From Asterionella formosa (Eukaryota): 57,277 bases of DNA. Position 1 is the first letter of the stretch, and every line of letters starts with the position of its first letter. Where the stretch lies: positions 1 to 57,277 of the forward strand of contig NKIB01013446.1 in NCBI GenBank assembly GCA_002256025.1, given 5' to 3'. Under the pieces are notes generated by a model. That model did not search any database. It was given only the letters and a program-made list of their open reading frames with translations, and was not told the DNA's origin. Below, piece after piece: positions 37,057-51,159 of this stretch. Made by a program: the position numbers and the translations under genes.

Positions 37057-37400
37057 GATGATTTGATATTATATTATTGTACGCCCTTATCCGCTAGAGG
37101 AGGTATTCTTGATTCACAAGGCATGATGGTTGATAACAATACAATGGGTAGAATTTTCGGCCTGGAAAATATCACTGTTAACCCTAACCTAGTTATTATG
37201 ATGAGGTAGAATATACTACCCAACCGAGGAAAAAATTCTACAAGGTAGAATTTTGAGCTGGTACATACCTCATACTGACCACGTAAATATTTGCCAATAC
37301 CTTGGAGGTATTTTCTGTCCTGTCCTGAGTAGAAGAGCACCAAGGCCTACGAGAAAATACTACGGTACCTTGGCAGAATTTCGGGACTACTATTGTGGTA

Positions 37401-38186
37401 CCAGTAAAAAACTGCCATGACCCATTGAGTTAGGGTGTTTGTTTGACTCCTCCGACTAATGGTAAAATCTACCGAATTGCGGATCCGTTTGTTCGATAGT
37501 GTCAGAGCAGCATCGATAAATCAAGCTGTCGTGTTAGAATTCTGATTGAACGATTTCATCAGAAGATACAATGATAAAAAAACAGCTAAAAAGTGATTTC
37601 AATGGGTCACGGCAGTATATACTTATTTTCTGGATAAACGTACATAAATTTATGTACATTTTCGAGGACGGATTAAGTCATGTGTTAAAGCACTTGCCAT
37701 GCGTGATATTAGAAAGGTGCGATGAAAACCTGGTATGTACTCCCTACCTGGTATTCCCGTAATCATACATAACGCATTTGCATGATGATGCCGTGTGCCA
37801 AAATAATTTGCCATCTCCGTAGAAGTCAATACCAAGACAAGATATACTATATTGTCACAAATGAGGTGAAGGTTCAAATCATTATCGAAATTATTATTAT
37901 ATGAATCATCGTATATCACATGATGCGGCAACCTTCTTAACTTACCCTAATCCGTGTTCTTCATGGTTTTTCGGCTGATCGACCATTTCAGGCAATCTAT
38001 CGAGATGAACAACTTGCTCCAAATCTCAAACTAATTACATAGCAGACTAGCCTATATGCTTGGGAAAGGGCCAGAACTCTCAAAATTATTTATTTAAGTT
38101 TTGATTGCAAAACATGTTATTCTGCATTCAATGGGTCACGGCAGTTCAAAAATATTCTCAATGGGTCATGGCAGTTTTTTTACTGG
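37401..38186. mobile_element. MITE-like non-autonomous element, 29-bp TIRs, TA target duplication
   Basis: TA|CCAGTAAAAAACTGCCATGACCCATTGAG ... CTCAATGGGTCATGGCAGTTTTTTTACTGG|TA; extra CAATGGGTCACGGCAG copies at ~37600 and ~38128. Confidence 0.85.
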
Positions 38187-38226
38187 TACCTGGTACTCCG
38201 CCCAGGTACCAGGGTACAGTACCTTG

Positions 38227-41200
38227 TGAGCAATCCTGCACATCGATAAAGTTGTGTATAGGGTTAGGGTTGTATCAAATATATCAGAACTCAATAATGA
38301 GAGAACTCGACTAACACGTATTCTATACTTTGATGTCAACTTAGGAAACAAGTTGTGCATACGAATTAGTTAATAAGCTCATATATTCAACAAATACTAC
38401 TACTTCTAGTTAGATACTTCACTTTGAATTCAAAAAGAGTCCAATTAGAAGAAAACAAACATGGCAATGTATTCAAGGGTTCCTGTCATTCCTTTGATCA
38501 AAGATTACAATGTATTGACTATCAAGACCAAAGCATTCAGAGTTGCTTTAACCGGTGGAAGGTTTGAATTGTTTGATCAAGATATGATCGATGGAAGCTC
38601 TGTGGAGGAATTGTTGATTGGAGTGAGTCAATTTTGTGGCATGACTAACACATGTACCTTTAGCCCTGCAGATACTTTTTCCTACTTTAAAAGGTGTTTG
38701 ACCAACATTGCCTTATCGGATTGGTTGAATGTGGAAGTACTCCCAGAAGATCAATCCTACGATAGTTTCGATGAAGCAATGGTTTTATGGTTAGATGATT
38801 GTTTACCAAATGAGAGTTTTCAACGTCAATGACAATGGATGCTACGCTACTTATCTAAACCCTTTTCTATGTTGGTAATGGATTTCGGAGCTCGCAATAA
38901 AAATTTGAACAGGCTACTTCAACTAATGCCTCATCCAGAAGATCAAAATGGATTTTCAAAAGAAGATCTAAACCCTTTTCGATGTTGGTAATGGATTTCG
39001 GAGCTCGTATTAAAACTTTGAACAGGCTACTTCGACTAATGCCTCATCCAGAAGATCAAAACGGATTGTCAAAAGAAGATATGCGGATTATCATCATCTG
39101 TTCTATGCCTGATGAGTGGCAACAAGAGTCTGAATTGAATCATGCTAAGACTTCAGACCAATCAATTCGCTCGGTTCTCGCTTACTTCGAGAGTCGACAG
39201 TTGTTTAAGGACCGAAACAAGCACCTTCCCAAGAACAGTTTTCAAACAATCACACAAAATCGTCTTTGTATTGATGAAGGCAATTGTGTGATGCGTCAAG
39301 AAAACGAACGTGTCAGTCGTCAATTCTACAACGATAATTTTACTCCAAGTGGTCGTGGAAGAGCGTGTGCTATTGTCAATGCAGCCGGTCGCACATAGGA
39401 TCGTCAGGCGACTCTTCGTCATCAAGCTCTACAAGCCAGTCGTACGTAACATGATTATTGTGGCCCTTGCCCGGTACATCCTGAAGGTACACATACTTGG
39501 GGCAATTGTTTTCAGAATCCTCGTACTCAAGGTGGTTGAGCAGGTCGTATGGCTGGTCGTCATAATGGATGTGGTCATTCCAGTTTCGGTGGACGAGGAC
39601 ATTTTGGTGGTCATGGAGGCGGCTCACACAGTAGTCCCACGGAAAGCTGCCATACTGACACTGCTAACCCTGTGCCTGTTCCACATGTTCGTATGTTAAA
39701 TACATGGGGTTGTAATACTCATCCATCAGGTTGGGGTACCGTGCCATGTGCCGATCCTACCAAGAATACATCGGCCCAGGAAATTTCAATGGTCACGAAC
39801 CCTCCTGCTGGTCAGATAGTGACTTTTGTCCCTACTACACAACAGCAGATTGCTGATCGCCATCACAGAGGTATGTGCGATGATAGCGATGCTATTTTTA
39901 ATGACTCATTGAGTATATCTCACGTTAGTCATCACCTGGATAATATTGTTTATTTACAGGTTGAATACACTATGAATACCGCTGTTGCTGTAATGCGGTA
40001 CATATATTTTAACCATTGATTTCGTAAATAACACCATGTCCTGTATGGATATGATTGTTCCTATGCATTCTCTCACATTCTTTGATGATGGAGAACGTTT
40101 ACGTGATGTATTATTGTATTTTGATGCACCTATGATTGTGGAATCTTCATATGCGCTGGAATTTATAGCTGCTGAATATAATTACGTGAATATTGATACA
40201 GTGGTGAATAAACAGATGCACTTAACAACAATGCAACGGTCATGTTTACGAACTATATTGTTTAAATATCAAACATTATTTGATGGAAAATTAAAAGTTT
40301 ATGCTCACAAACAGTACATTTGGAATTACTATCAAATGCCATCCCTCATCATCAACAAGCATATCCGGTCACTCATATTCATTTAGAAGTTTTCAAAACC
40401 GAATTACAACGATTGTGTGATATTGGAGTCCTACAAAAATGTGGTGCTTCTAAATGGGCGTCTCTCCCACTTTTATTAATCCTAAAAAGTATGGAAGTGT
40501 CCGATGGGTGTCCGATTTTCGTGAACTCAATAAAGTCATCAATCACAATATATACCCTCTACCTTGGATACAAAATATTCTCACTAAACGTTCTAGATAT
40601 GTATTTTTCACCAAATTAGATGTTTCTATGCAATACTATAGTTTTGCATTAGATGTGGAGAGTCAAAATTTGTGCGTTATTTTCACTCAATTTGGTTTAT
40701 ATAAATATTTACGTCTCCCTATGGGGGTGAAACAATCATCTGATATTGCACAAGAAACTATGGAACAGATTCTTAGTGATTTAGATGATGTGAAAATTTA
40801 TATTGATCATGTGGGTTTTTTTCAATGAATTTTTCGGATCACCTCTATTTATTGGACACTATTTTACATCGTTTACAGGCAAATGGTTTTACAACAAATC
40901 CATCTAAATGTGAATGGGCAGTCAAAGAGAAAGATTGGTTAGGCCATTGGTTAACTCCTAATGGACTGAAACCTTAGTCTAAAAAGGTCCGAGCATTGAT
41001 TAATATGTCTTCACCTACCAATCTTAAACAAGTCAGATCATTTCTCCGTGCTGTTACGTACTATCGAGACATGTTTCCTAGACGATCTCATGTTCTTGGA
41101 CCACGTAAGGATTTAATTGGAGCTAGTCCATTTGTCTGGTTACCTATACATCAACAAGCTTTTGAAGAAATGAAAGCATTGTTAGTTGCAGATACACTCA

Positions 41201-43060
41201 TGCGTTATCCTGATCATAATCTTCCTTTTCATATCTTTACTGATGCCTCTGATTATCAATTAGGGTCGGTAATTATGCAAAATGGCTGATCTCCCAGTCG
41301 TTCCTTATTATTCTCGAAAATTATCTGCTGCTCAAAAGAATTATACTACTATCGAAAAAGAATTGCTCTTTATGGTAGAAACTTTCAAAAAATTTCGCTC
41401 TATGTTATTGGGAGCAGCTCTACATGTTCACACTGATCATCGAAATCTTATTTATAATACTTTACATACTCAACGTGTTCTACGATGGAGACTTTACATT
41501 GAAGAATATCATCCTACTTTTCGCTACGTGAAAGGGACTGACAATGATATTGAAGATTCCATCTCTCGCCTCCCGAGGCTTGATTCTTTGGTGGGGGGGT
41601 GATATTGGACCGGAATCTCCAGCATCAACATCCACTTCTACCTTTTCAATTAAATTAGATGATGAACCTTTGCTTAACTGTTTCCTTAATCATCCAATCT
41701 TGACAGACAATATTCAATATCCTCTGGATTATAATTTAATAAAACAAATCCGTTAAAATTTCCCTCTATCAATTTTCATGATATATTTTTAATATGTTTT
41801 GTGAAGAATTCAGGAGATTCTTTGCGTATCGCTATTCCTACATCATTTTTGGATCCCATTATTAATTGGTATCATCAGATGTTAGTTTATGTGGGTATGA
41901 CAAGATTAAATGCTACAATTGCTACACATTTTTATTACCCTACATTAAAAGCAAGAGTGAAGCATGTCAACGTGCAAAATTACCTGGTACTGGTTTTGGT
42001 GAACTTCCACCCAGGAATGCATTGTTATTACCATGGTCAGAAGTCGCAGTAGATCTAATTGGTCCATGGAAGATAATAGTGGCTACTCAAGCGATTGAAT
42101 TTCGTGCTCTAACTTGTATTGACACAGTCACCAATTTAGCAGAAATTTCACGTATCAATAATAAAACATCAGAATATATTGCGATGAAATTTGAAAATGA
42201 TTGGTTAGCCAGATATCCCTGTCCAGAACGTTGTATACATGACAATGGAGGTGAATTTACTGGTGCTACTTTCTTTCACATGTTAGTGTTGAATGGGAGT
42301 AAAGATGTGACTACTACAGTCAAGAATTCACAAGCAAATGCTATCTGTGAACGTTTACATCAATCTATCAGTAATAGTCTACGAATTATATTAAAGGCTC
42401 ATCCTCCAATGAATGAATTTCAAGCCCAAAATATTGTGGATACATGTTTTGCAGCTGCATCATATGCAGCTCGAACTACTATTCATAGTATATTACGAAT
42501 TTCACCAGGAGCATGGGTTTTTCAACGTGATATGATATAAAATAATCCTTTGATTACAGATTTACAATTAATACATCAACGTCGACAAGTGATAATTGAC
42601 GAACGTTTGCGTCGTGTTAATTTCCGTCGTCGATCTTATGATTACAAAGTGGGTGACGAGATTTTAATACTATTGGATAATCCTACTACTTTGGATGATC
42701 GTGGACGAGGTCCTCATACTATTATTCAAGTACATGCCAATGGTACAGTTACTTTTCAACGCACTATGCATATTACAGAACGAATTAATATTCGTCGTAT
42801 CAAACCTTTTCATAGGTAAAATTTTTTCCTTAAGTGTGGGAGAGTGAGCGATCCTGCACATCAATACAGATGTATATAGGGTTAGGGTTATATCAAATAT
42901 ATCAGGACTCAATAATGAGAACTCGACTAACACCTATTGTATGCTTTGATGTCAACCTAGGAAACAAGTTGTTCATAAGAATTAATTAATAAGCTCATAT
43001 ATTCAATAAATACTAACTCATATATTCAACAAATACTACTACTTCTAGCTAGATAATTCA
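38227..43060 (+). mobile_element. Ty3/Gypsy LTR retrotransposon, near full length but decayed; LTRs 38227-38421 and 42845-43060
   Basis: TG..CA LTR pair, flanks CCTTG / CCTTT, PPT GTGGGAGAG. gag 38461-39600; RT (VSDFRELNK, RLPMG, YIDH); RNase H ([25 protein letters not shown]); integrase (VAVDLIGPW, HDNGGEF, QANAICER) and GP..GTVT..NIRRIKPF tail. Protease not seen. Confidence 0.95.
38856..39080 (+). repeat. Tandem duplication of about 113 bp inside Gypsy gag
   Basis: CTAAACCCTTTTC.ATGTTGGTAATGGATTTCGGAGCTCG...CAAAAGAAGAT occurs twice. Confidence 0.85.
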
Positions 43061-43067
43061 CCTTTTA

Positions 43068-46000
43068 CCAGTTAAAAACTGTAAGCCACAGCTAAACGGA
43101 GTAAACGCACGGTTTGAACTTAGTTTGCAAGATACGTTAACTATTGTCACGAAGGAGTTGTTCAGATTTATATAGCGAGTAAAGACTGACGTACCGGTTA
43201 CTTGTATTGTTGCTTTGTGTAAGCTGTTAAATACTGGTACTTATTACGGCCCAAAGGTTGCTTGTTGCTGTCGACGCGAAATTGCGAAAGATTGATATTT
43301 TCACGTTTACTCTATTGAGCTGGCGTCGCCTTTCAATACGTGTACCGGTATATTTAGAAGAATGATAATGCTCTTCCGATAGAATTAATTTAGTATAATT
43401 AATTGGGTGTACAAGATCATTATGCTTTCGAATACGCTATGCGTCAGAAGCATTTGGTGATGATGCAAGCGCAAAAAGCATATTGTATCCCGCCTAACAG
43501 GTAATGTAACAATACAAAACAAATTTCTGTAGTATAAACGGAGTAAAAATAATCACGGTTAAGGGCGGGGGGAAATATACTTATGTATGAATAGAAAAAT
43601 ATGCACTGTAAGCCACCGCTATGCAACAATCTTGATGACTTTGAAAAAAATCTTAATGGCTTTATACGCCTGTGAATAGATTTTCCATTAGATCTAACAT
43701 TTTACTCAGCATACGTTAAAAACTGATTGATTATTCAAATATTTTGACATGTTGATGATAATTTTGATATATCAACGGCAGTGTCTGTATGATCAATCAA
43801 ATTTGTACGTTAGGTTAGTAGTATACACATATTAGGTTATACGTATATAAGAACTCATATATATTAGTTACCAAATCTAATCGGTTAACCAAAATTGTTG
43901 ATATATTGATCAAATGCTGTGTTATGTTGATGATAATTTTGATATATCAATGATCGTGTCGGTGTGGTCAATCAAATTTGTTTGTCAGATTATTTACTTA
44001 CACACGTCAGGTTACGCATAGATAGAAGCCATAAATATTAGTTATCAAAACTAATATGCTAACCAAATGTTTTAATATATTGATACGTTGTTTGATTGAC
44101 CAATAGCTGTTGCTCTTTGATCAATTATTGTTTTATCGAAGGTTATGACTTTACACAGATCACCTTATGTGCATGTAAACCTTGTACCCAGCGATGCTAT
44201 CAGAATGAATTCTGTGCAACAACGGTGTGTTCCTTGTTGCCATTCTGATTTGAATGCTCCACCGGTACATGCTTTGATCCAATTCTTGTACCGGTAGTAT
44301 TTGTCATTATCTCTCCATTCGCATATCAGTAATCTAATTTCTTACAAGCCATGTGCGTTCGTTGAATCCCTTACGAGCTACCTTCTTGCGGGGACGACGA
44401 TGATCTCAGTCCTATAACGAGTGATATAGTCTCGATATTGATGGGGAATTATGCTGGCGAAGTTTGATTGTTTGTTTGTTGCTTAAAATCAAAAGCTTTG
44501 TTCAATTTATACGACAGAATTGGAGAACGATGCATTGAAGGCCATACCCGATTCCAATTTTAACCGAAATCAAGAAGATAGTACCTTTTGATCATAATTC
44601 GACCATTGCGAACATCGATCCGTATTTCGAATCTGTTCTTCAAGATGAGATGTGGATCAAAGTGAAGATGGACCAGATGGCGGCGCAGTTTGTTGCTCAT
44701 GGCCTTAATCATGGGTCTTCCATTCTCATTGAATAGCTATTGGCGAGCACGTTTATATGCTGCAGAATTAGAGCCGCAACATCACTAATCAGGAAGTAGC
44801 TTCATTTCAATCAGGAAATAGTAGCAGAATATGAACCTTGAATAGCAGGAGGTTCGAAATAACAATCATAACTTTGCTTAATAACATTGGTCTGTACTAT
44901 CCCATTGTTTCAAGAAATCTCTTTATTGGCAACATCAGAGGCACTATATAGGACAGCCTAACCCCATTGCCACACATATACTTTCCACAAAGTGACCACT
45001 ATATTTATATAGATTATATATACTATGTAGTGTAGCTTGTCCCACACATATGTTCTCGTCACTCCGAAGAAGTGTAAAAAATTTATGAGGGTACCAGAAC
45101 CATTATTCAATCAATAGCTGATTCCAATGTCGTACAGCAACAATGGTTGTCGAAATGAGTCCAATGATGTTGATAACAAAATTCTCCATTATTGGGGCGT
45201 TTCAAATGATCCCTGTATTTTTACTCATATTGTTGGTGCTGGCTATTGCTACAGAAGAAAAGAGGAACAAGCTTCTGTGCACCATTACAGCCACATTTGA
45301 GAAGCATCGTCAAAATTGGGAAACTTTTTTTCCTGATGGGCCTATGGAATTAGTCATACCTGTCATACCTGTCATTCCAAATAAAGATCACCAACGTCAT
45401 GTATTCTCCGTTTATGCATTGACACAGGCAAGTGAAAACGAAATAGTTGATGCCAGTTCATCTTCTCCCAATACCAATCCAAGAAGTAAAGATCGTGTTG
45501 CTTGTATGCCCATGGTAGATCTTGTTTCTACTTTCTCAGAGCGTCTAATTGAGTCTATTGAATCTGATAGACTTGATATAAAATCTCCCCCTTCCAAAGC
45601 AAAAGCAATATGTAATTGGGAAAGTAAATAAAGAACAGGTCGAGGAGAAAAGTGATTTGTCCCATTTATACAGTAAGGAGTTGGAAATATTGAAACAGGA
45701 CATGGTCACCAGTTTGCATGTAGTTCATGGTTGCATTTGGTAGCATATTGTTGTCTTTCTGATGTAGTCTAAAATCTCGAGGAAAGTGAGTTTTCCATTA
45801 AATCATCGCTGGTCCTATATGATTCCAAAATTTCCTTGAAGTTTCAAATGATGTTTTGTAAAACAAGCCAGACTCTAGGATCACATAGAATTTGTTGAGA
45901 ACAAAATCCAGGCCACTGTCATCTAGTCTCTTCTCGTTGCCTTTGTCATCATGATCAAATTATCTAACCAGTAAGAGTCATTCCTTACTCTTCCGTTGTC

Positions 46001-46234
46001 TCTTGAACAGACATGAAAATTGCTATAGAAACACGTTTTTCCTGATAGAAAAATCTGCGATCGGTTTTTTTATTTACAGATGTAAACTAAATCAAAACTG
46101 ATTACTTATTCATTGAGTAGAGTGCATCGTCTAACATACTCTTTGTACTTGCATCAGGTTTCGATTATTAAATTACATAAATATTTTCAGTCGGAAGATG
46201 GAGTAAAATAACTGTGGCTTACAGTTTTATTCGG
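43068..46234. mobile_element. Non-autonomous TA-flanked TIR element (~3.2 kb) carrying cargo
   Basis: TA|CCAGTTAAAAACTGTAAGCCACAG ... CTGTGGCTTACAGTTTTATTCGG|TA; internal ~175-bp tandem duplication at 43750-44085; fragment shared with 10125-10430. Confidence 0.7.
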
Positions 46235-46588
46235 TACCTGGTACTCTAATGGGTAACAGTAAGTTGCGGTCATTTTGCCGAAAATGGAACACAGTGCCGG
46301 GAAGCACTCAAATTCGACTCCCCAGTTTCTCTATATTGTTCAACATACAACTTCATCCCAGCAATACTAATCGGCACTCCAATTCCAAATTGATACCTGT
46401 GTCTCATCTTGATTTCCGTTTGATAAACCAACCCGGCCAGCTTGTTGTTCCAATTCAGTTTTAGCGTTAATCTGATTTAGTCTAAAACATTGAGACCATT
46501 CTGTTTGCCAATTCTGCCATTTGCATCTGTTGGTTTTGCTTAATTAGAACCGTTTAAGCAAAATTTGCTTAAAGTATATTTGCCTTAA

Positions 46589-46842
46589 GGTTCCTGCATT
46601 TCAACCCTAGTTTAGAGGTAGGGTTAAAACTATAATATTGAGTCAGAGAACTCAAACACACACTTCGTACGAGAAAAACATAATGTGTATCGCTAAACGG
46701 AGCTTTCACCAAAATAAACCCTTTCCATATGCTTAGATACAGTCATTGACCAAAGTAGGGGTATAGGGCAATGCTATATATTGTCAGGATATAGGATCTG
46801 GCGAAAAACTGCAGAAAGGAACTTCGGTTTTTAAACTATGCT
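46589..46842 (+). mobile_element. Isolated TTAA|GG transposon end (Kolobok-like)
   Basis: Reverse-complement match to 720-973; preceded by CC|TTAA (46585-46588). Confidence 0.7.
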
Positions 46843-46873
46843 ATTAAGACCAAATGCTTTTCATCACTTGTAA

Positions 46874-49850
46874 ATGACTTGCGCAATGGCATCATTTGAA
46901 TCGTCGTCTTCGGACAATGAAACTTACTCTGCAGCAAGGAAACAGGATGACCAGTGGGTTGCAAGTATCACTCCTGCTGATTTTCTCATTGACAACGAAG
47001 GGTCTTTGACAATATTGAAAGACATGCTCATTCATCAGATATCGCTACAACGACTTCGTTGTATTTGCGTTCACTTTAAAATCGCCGCATACAGAAACAA
47101 AAAAGATGATAACAATTACACTTATTAAGAATTGGTTAAAGACTCTTGATCTTCGAGACATGATGGGGTACAACAAAAAGTTATCAAAAGAACCAAAGAA
47201 GTATCTGAAAAGAAACGGCGCTCCCTTTACTCCTGAATCATCAACAAGGAAGTCTCTTCGCCTACTACTATCAAAGCAACTTTCTACTAACAGAGAAGAT
47301 ATTGCCAATGACTCAAGTACAGATTCCAAATTATCTGCTTCCCAATTGGCTGCATTTACATCGTCTCCAGTTCCTGCTTTTTTTATTGGATGATGATTCT
47401 GAAAGATCCCACAGATAACTAAGAAACAGGGACGGCCTCCCAAGAATCAGAGGAAAAGAAATGCTGCAACTGCTCCCAAATATATTAAGAAGCATGGCAC
47501 ATACTATCGAGTAATTAATGTCTTCTTCGATGAGAAACATCGGCAAGATGCTTTGTGTGTTGGGAATACACCAACTATGTGTGAGTTGGATGAAAGGAAA
47601 TTTCCCCATAAAGCAGTTTGGGACAAGTTATTGGATACCTACATGGACATAAACGATGATACAGTTGGATCCATGGCATTTAAGCACACCCAGTTTGAAT
47701 ACCACGGAATTGATGATAAGTATCCCCTCACTTTTGATATGTTGGATAGCACACAATTTTCAGAGGTTATGGAATTTCTAAATGCGCATTACAAGATCTG
47801 TTTCAATAATGACAAAGTTTCTGGTCGACACGATAACTTTGACAGTTTCACTCCTTATTGTTTGTACTATCACTTATGGCTTCAACAGGCAGGTGCCACA
47901 TTTCCGTGCCTATGCAGTACCAAGTTTAAGTGATGGTGTTGCTATGGACAGCCTTATTCAAATTCCTGCAGAGGATGATGTTTCCAAGCTACCTGTTCAA
48001 CGAAGAAAAGGTAGAAAATATGGCAGCAATGAGTTTGAAAACACATCCAAACAAGTGGTCGATGCGCTTATAGAACTTTCAAAAGCAAATGAGCGCCGTA
48101 CACAAATGACACTTGCCTTTCAAAGTTCCAATCCAGAATTTGCTCGAGCAACTTTTCTTGTAAAACGAGAGAAGGAACTAATGGATGTTGTAAGTATGTA
48201 CCGCGAAAAGTTAAAGGAAGCTCGAACTGAAGTAGCAAGCAATGAAGTGTCACAAAAATGTGATGGTGAAGAGTATCAAGAGAATGTCAGTTTTGTTGAA
48301 TTTTTTGAAGCCAAACTTTTGAAGCTATGGATGCACTGAACAAGAATTATGTAGCTCTCATACAAACAGCTGAAGAAAATGCATCTCATCATAATTAGGT
48401 TAACAATTATATTTCTACTTACTTCTTGTTATTACCTAATTCCTTCCAGTTGTAGTTGTATGCTACATTAATCCTATTTCAGTCAGTTCACGCTGTCGGC
48501 ACAACACAGTAGCCAGAGGTCTCCTAAAGCCATTGTTGGTGACAACATCAAGAATAATATGCCGAATCTGTGAAGTAGCTACCTTGTACTACATCCAACT
48601 TCCTGACAGTTGGAAGATAAGCCCATCCAAGAGGAGCATTGGGCATTGGATCAACAAGCTCCAAACTAGTCAGAAATTCCATTCCATTAGCAAGTTCCTT
48701 CTTTTTTTCATCATCCATGAGTAGGCAAAAGTTGTGTAAGCGGGCACAAGCAGAAAGAATTGCAACCGAGATCTTCATCCTGAAGGACAAGGATGTCCTC
48801 AGGATCCTCCATTTATTGGTGAGCAATCCAAACGTCATCTCAATTCTAATAAGGAGCTGTGTAGGGAAATAGTTGTATGCATCTTTCTTGTTTGTTGATT
48901 CCCTTTGACTTCCAACAAATGGACAGAACATTTGATCAGTCAATGTGTAAGCAGCATCACCTACTAGTATGTATTGTCCTGGACAAAGGTTGGATACAAT
49001 CTGAAAAAGTTTTGTTCTTTCAAATGCCTTCTGATCTGGACATTTTCCTGGTGCCAAGACACCAAAGTATTGGAAACCACAATTGTTCTCACAAACGGCT
49101 TGTCAATCCATAGGACATACAAAGCCCGATAATGCTGTGCAGGATATACCGCATCAAGGAATGTTTTAGTGATGGCATGAACAGATGGATAAGAAAGTTC
49201 ATAGACATGACGAATGTCTATGAGGTTTCCGCCTGCAAGCCAGCGAAATCCAATGGCAAGGATCAACTCAGGATAGCTAAATATCCTGATTTGAGCTGTA
49301 TAAACCGGAACTTGCATTTTATTTAACAACGTTAACTGTGTTGGAAGTTCGAAGGAGTTCCAGTAGTTGATTGAAAGCTTCAAGAGACATGCGATATTCA
49401 CGATGAAATCTATTCTCATGAAGAAGCTTTGTGACATGCTCATTCCATTCAATTCGTTGATGCTACCATTTTACAATTCGCACTGGCTTTGAGTTTCGTT
49501 CATAGGACTACAAAAATGAGAATGCAACTGCTGCAATTAACAAAAAGCTCTGTTGTTCCGCTTCTATATCAAGATTGTCAATGACATGATCCCAACTGTC
49601 AGGTTCTTCTGGTCGATTTGTCATTGTCGTTACAGTCATGATAATTGTCAGACATTTGAATAATTGAAGCGCACATTGCAAATATTTTTGCTGAGTCTGA
49701 TGCCTATAGTAGCTGTTTGCAGAGATATAAAGAAAACGGCTAACACTTTTGCCGCTACAGAGATAAATTTGTGAAATGTACTATCTCTGTAAAGATTCAA
49801 TTTTTTTCTGAAGATACAAAAAAAAATTGTATCTCTGTTAAGATTGGCCC
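46874..49850. mobile_element. Degenerate PIF/Harbinger element: accessory ORF on plus (46874-48339), transposase on minus (~48470-49640), right end ..GTTAAGATTGGCCC|TTA
   Basis: APGKCPDQ, ILVGDAAY, DAYNY..RIEMTFGLLTNKWRIL..ACARLHNF; HTH-like LAIGFRWLAGG; convergent two-ORF layout; TWA flank. Left TIR missing. Confidence 0.85.
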
Positions 49851-51159
49851 TTAACAGAGACAAAAAATTTAAAAAGTGTTGCTCGGCCCGATTTTTTGTA
49901 TCTCCAACATCCGGGTGGTATGTTGCTTCCAGCAACATATCATTTGTTGCTCCGAAATGTGTATCTGTGTGCATCGCTGCAGATACAGAGTTTAATAACA
50001 CTAATTTTATATATTCAATTTATTTCATGTAATTAAATTAATCAACAAAGACGCCATTTTTATCTCTAACGGCAACAACAGAAAAGAATTTTTGGAGGAG
50101 GGATCAACAGCAGTTGTCATTATAGCAACTTGTTTAATGACAAACAAAACTGGTTGCATGGTGGAAGAATGGCGACTATCTGCTCACCACACTGCCAAGA
50201 GCATTATGCTTCGATAATGTACACAGGACTCTGCTTGCATGGTCGGAGACAACAAGTCTAGTCGAATTTTCATTCACGATGGGGAAGGAATAGGACAGTC
50301 ACCACAATTGATGTTTCTGTTCGAAAGTCGGGATAGATTGTCCTATAAATTCCTTTTGGCGATGACATGCGACGACATTCGTCTTTTGTTAGGTCAAGTG
50401 TCCTTCATAAGCAAAGTTTTCATGATTTGTCCAATTGATTGCAAAAAATTTGTGCTGAGTTCTTGCAGTGTCATGCAAAAGACGTGGAAGGACAATTTAG
50501 TGCAGCAACGACCCCTACTATGAGGAATCAATTGAGACAATACATGTCGAAACATCAACCACCAAACAAAGAATCCGAATCGTCAAAGGCAACCAATCAT
50601 GGCAAACTGAAACGAAAAGATTGGGTATAAAGTCGTCATTGTGAATACAAGTGGATGAACTTGTACAATTTCTGAAGGACCTGTAAGGATTGATTTTAAC
50701 TTCATATTGGCTTGCAAGCCAGAATTACTGGGATGCATGTCGACAGAGATTTCAAATAGAAGTTTAGTGAGAGGTGTTTTGCTTTTGCGGAGATGAAAGC
50801 CATTGTCAGACGAATGAATTGAATAAAAGCATCTACCCCAGCCAAAAGACAAGAGGCAATTGCAATAACAGACGCACTCATTTTCTAATATAATAGAAGT
50901 ATATGTTGACGAAGGCTGATGAGTATCGCGATCACAATGGAAATAGTCTTTCTCCTTTGTGGTGTTTAACGCCAAGTAATATTATTAGCGACAAACTCGA
51001 ATGCTGAGTCTGATGCACATATTTGCAGAGACACGAAAAAAGGCTAACTGTTTTGCCATTACTGAGTTATATTTGTGAAATGTATCTCTGTAAAGATTTT
51101 TTTTTGAAGATACAATTTAAAAATAAAAAAATTATTTGTATCTCTGTTAAGACCTGCCC
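49851..51159. mobile_element. Non-autonomous Harbinger derivative of the same family
   Basis: Right end ~51000-51159 is a direct copy of ~49688-49850 and ends GTTAAGACCTGCCC; left end starts TTAACAGAGA, i.e. the TIR minus its outer 9 nt. Confidence 0.7.

Noticed and set aside
38258..38272. Telomeric repeat TAGGGTTAGGGTT
   Set aside because: Only two units, inside the Gypsy LTR and repeated in the 3' LTR; not a telomere.
45143..45631. 162-aa ORF as a host gene
   Set aside because: Lies inside a TIR-bounded element, has no recognisable motif and is surrounded by decayed sequence.
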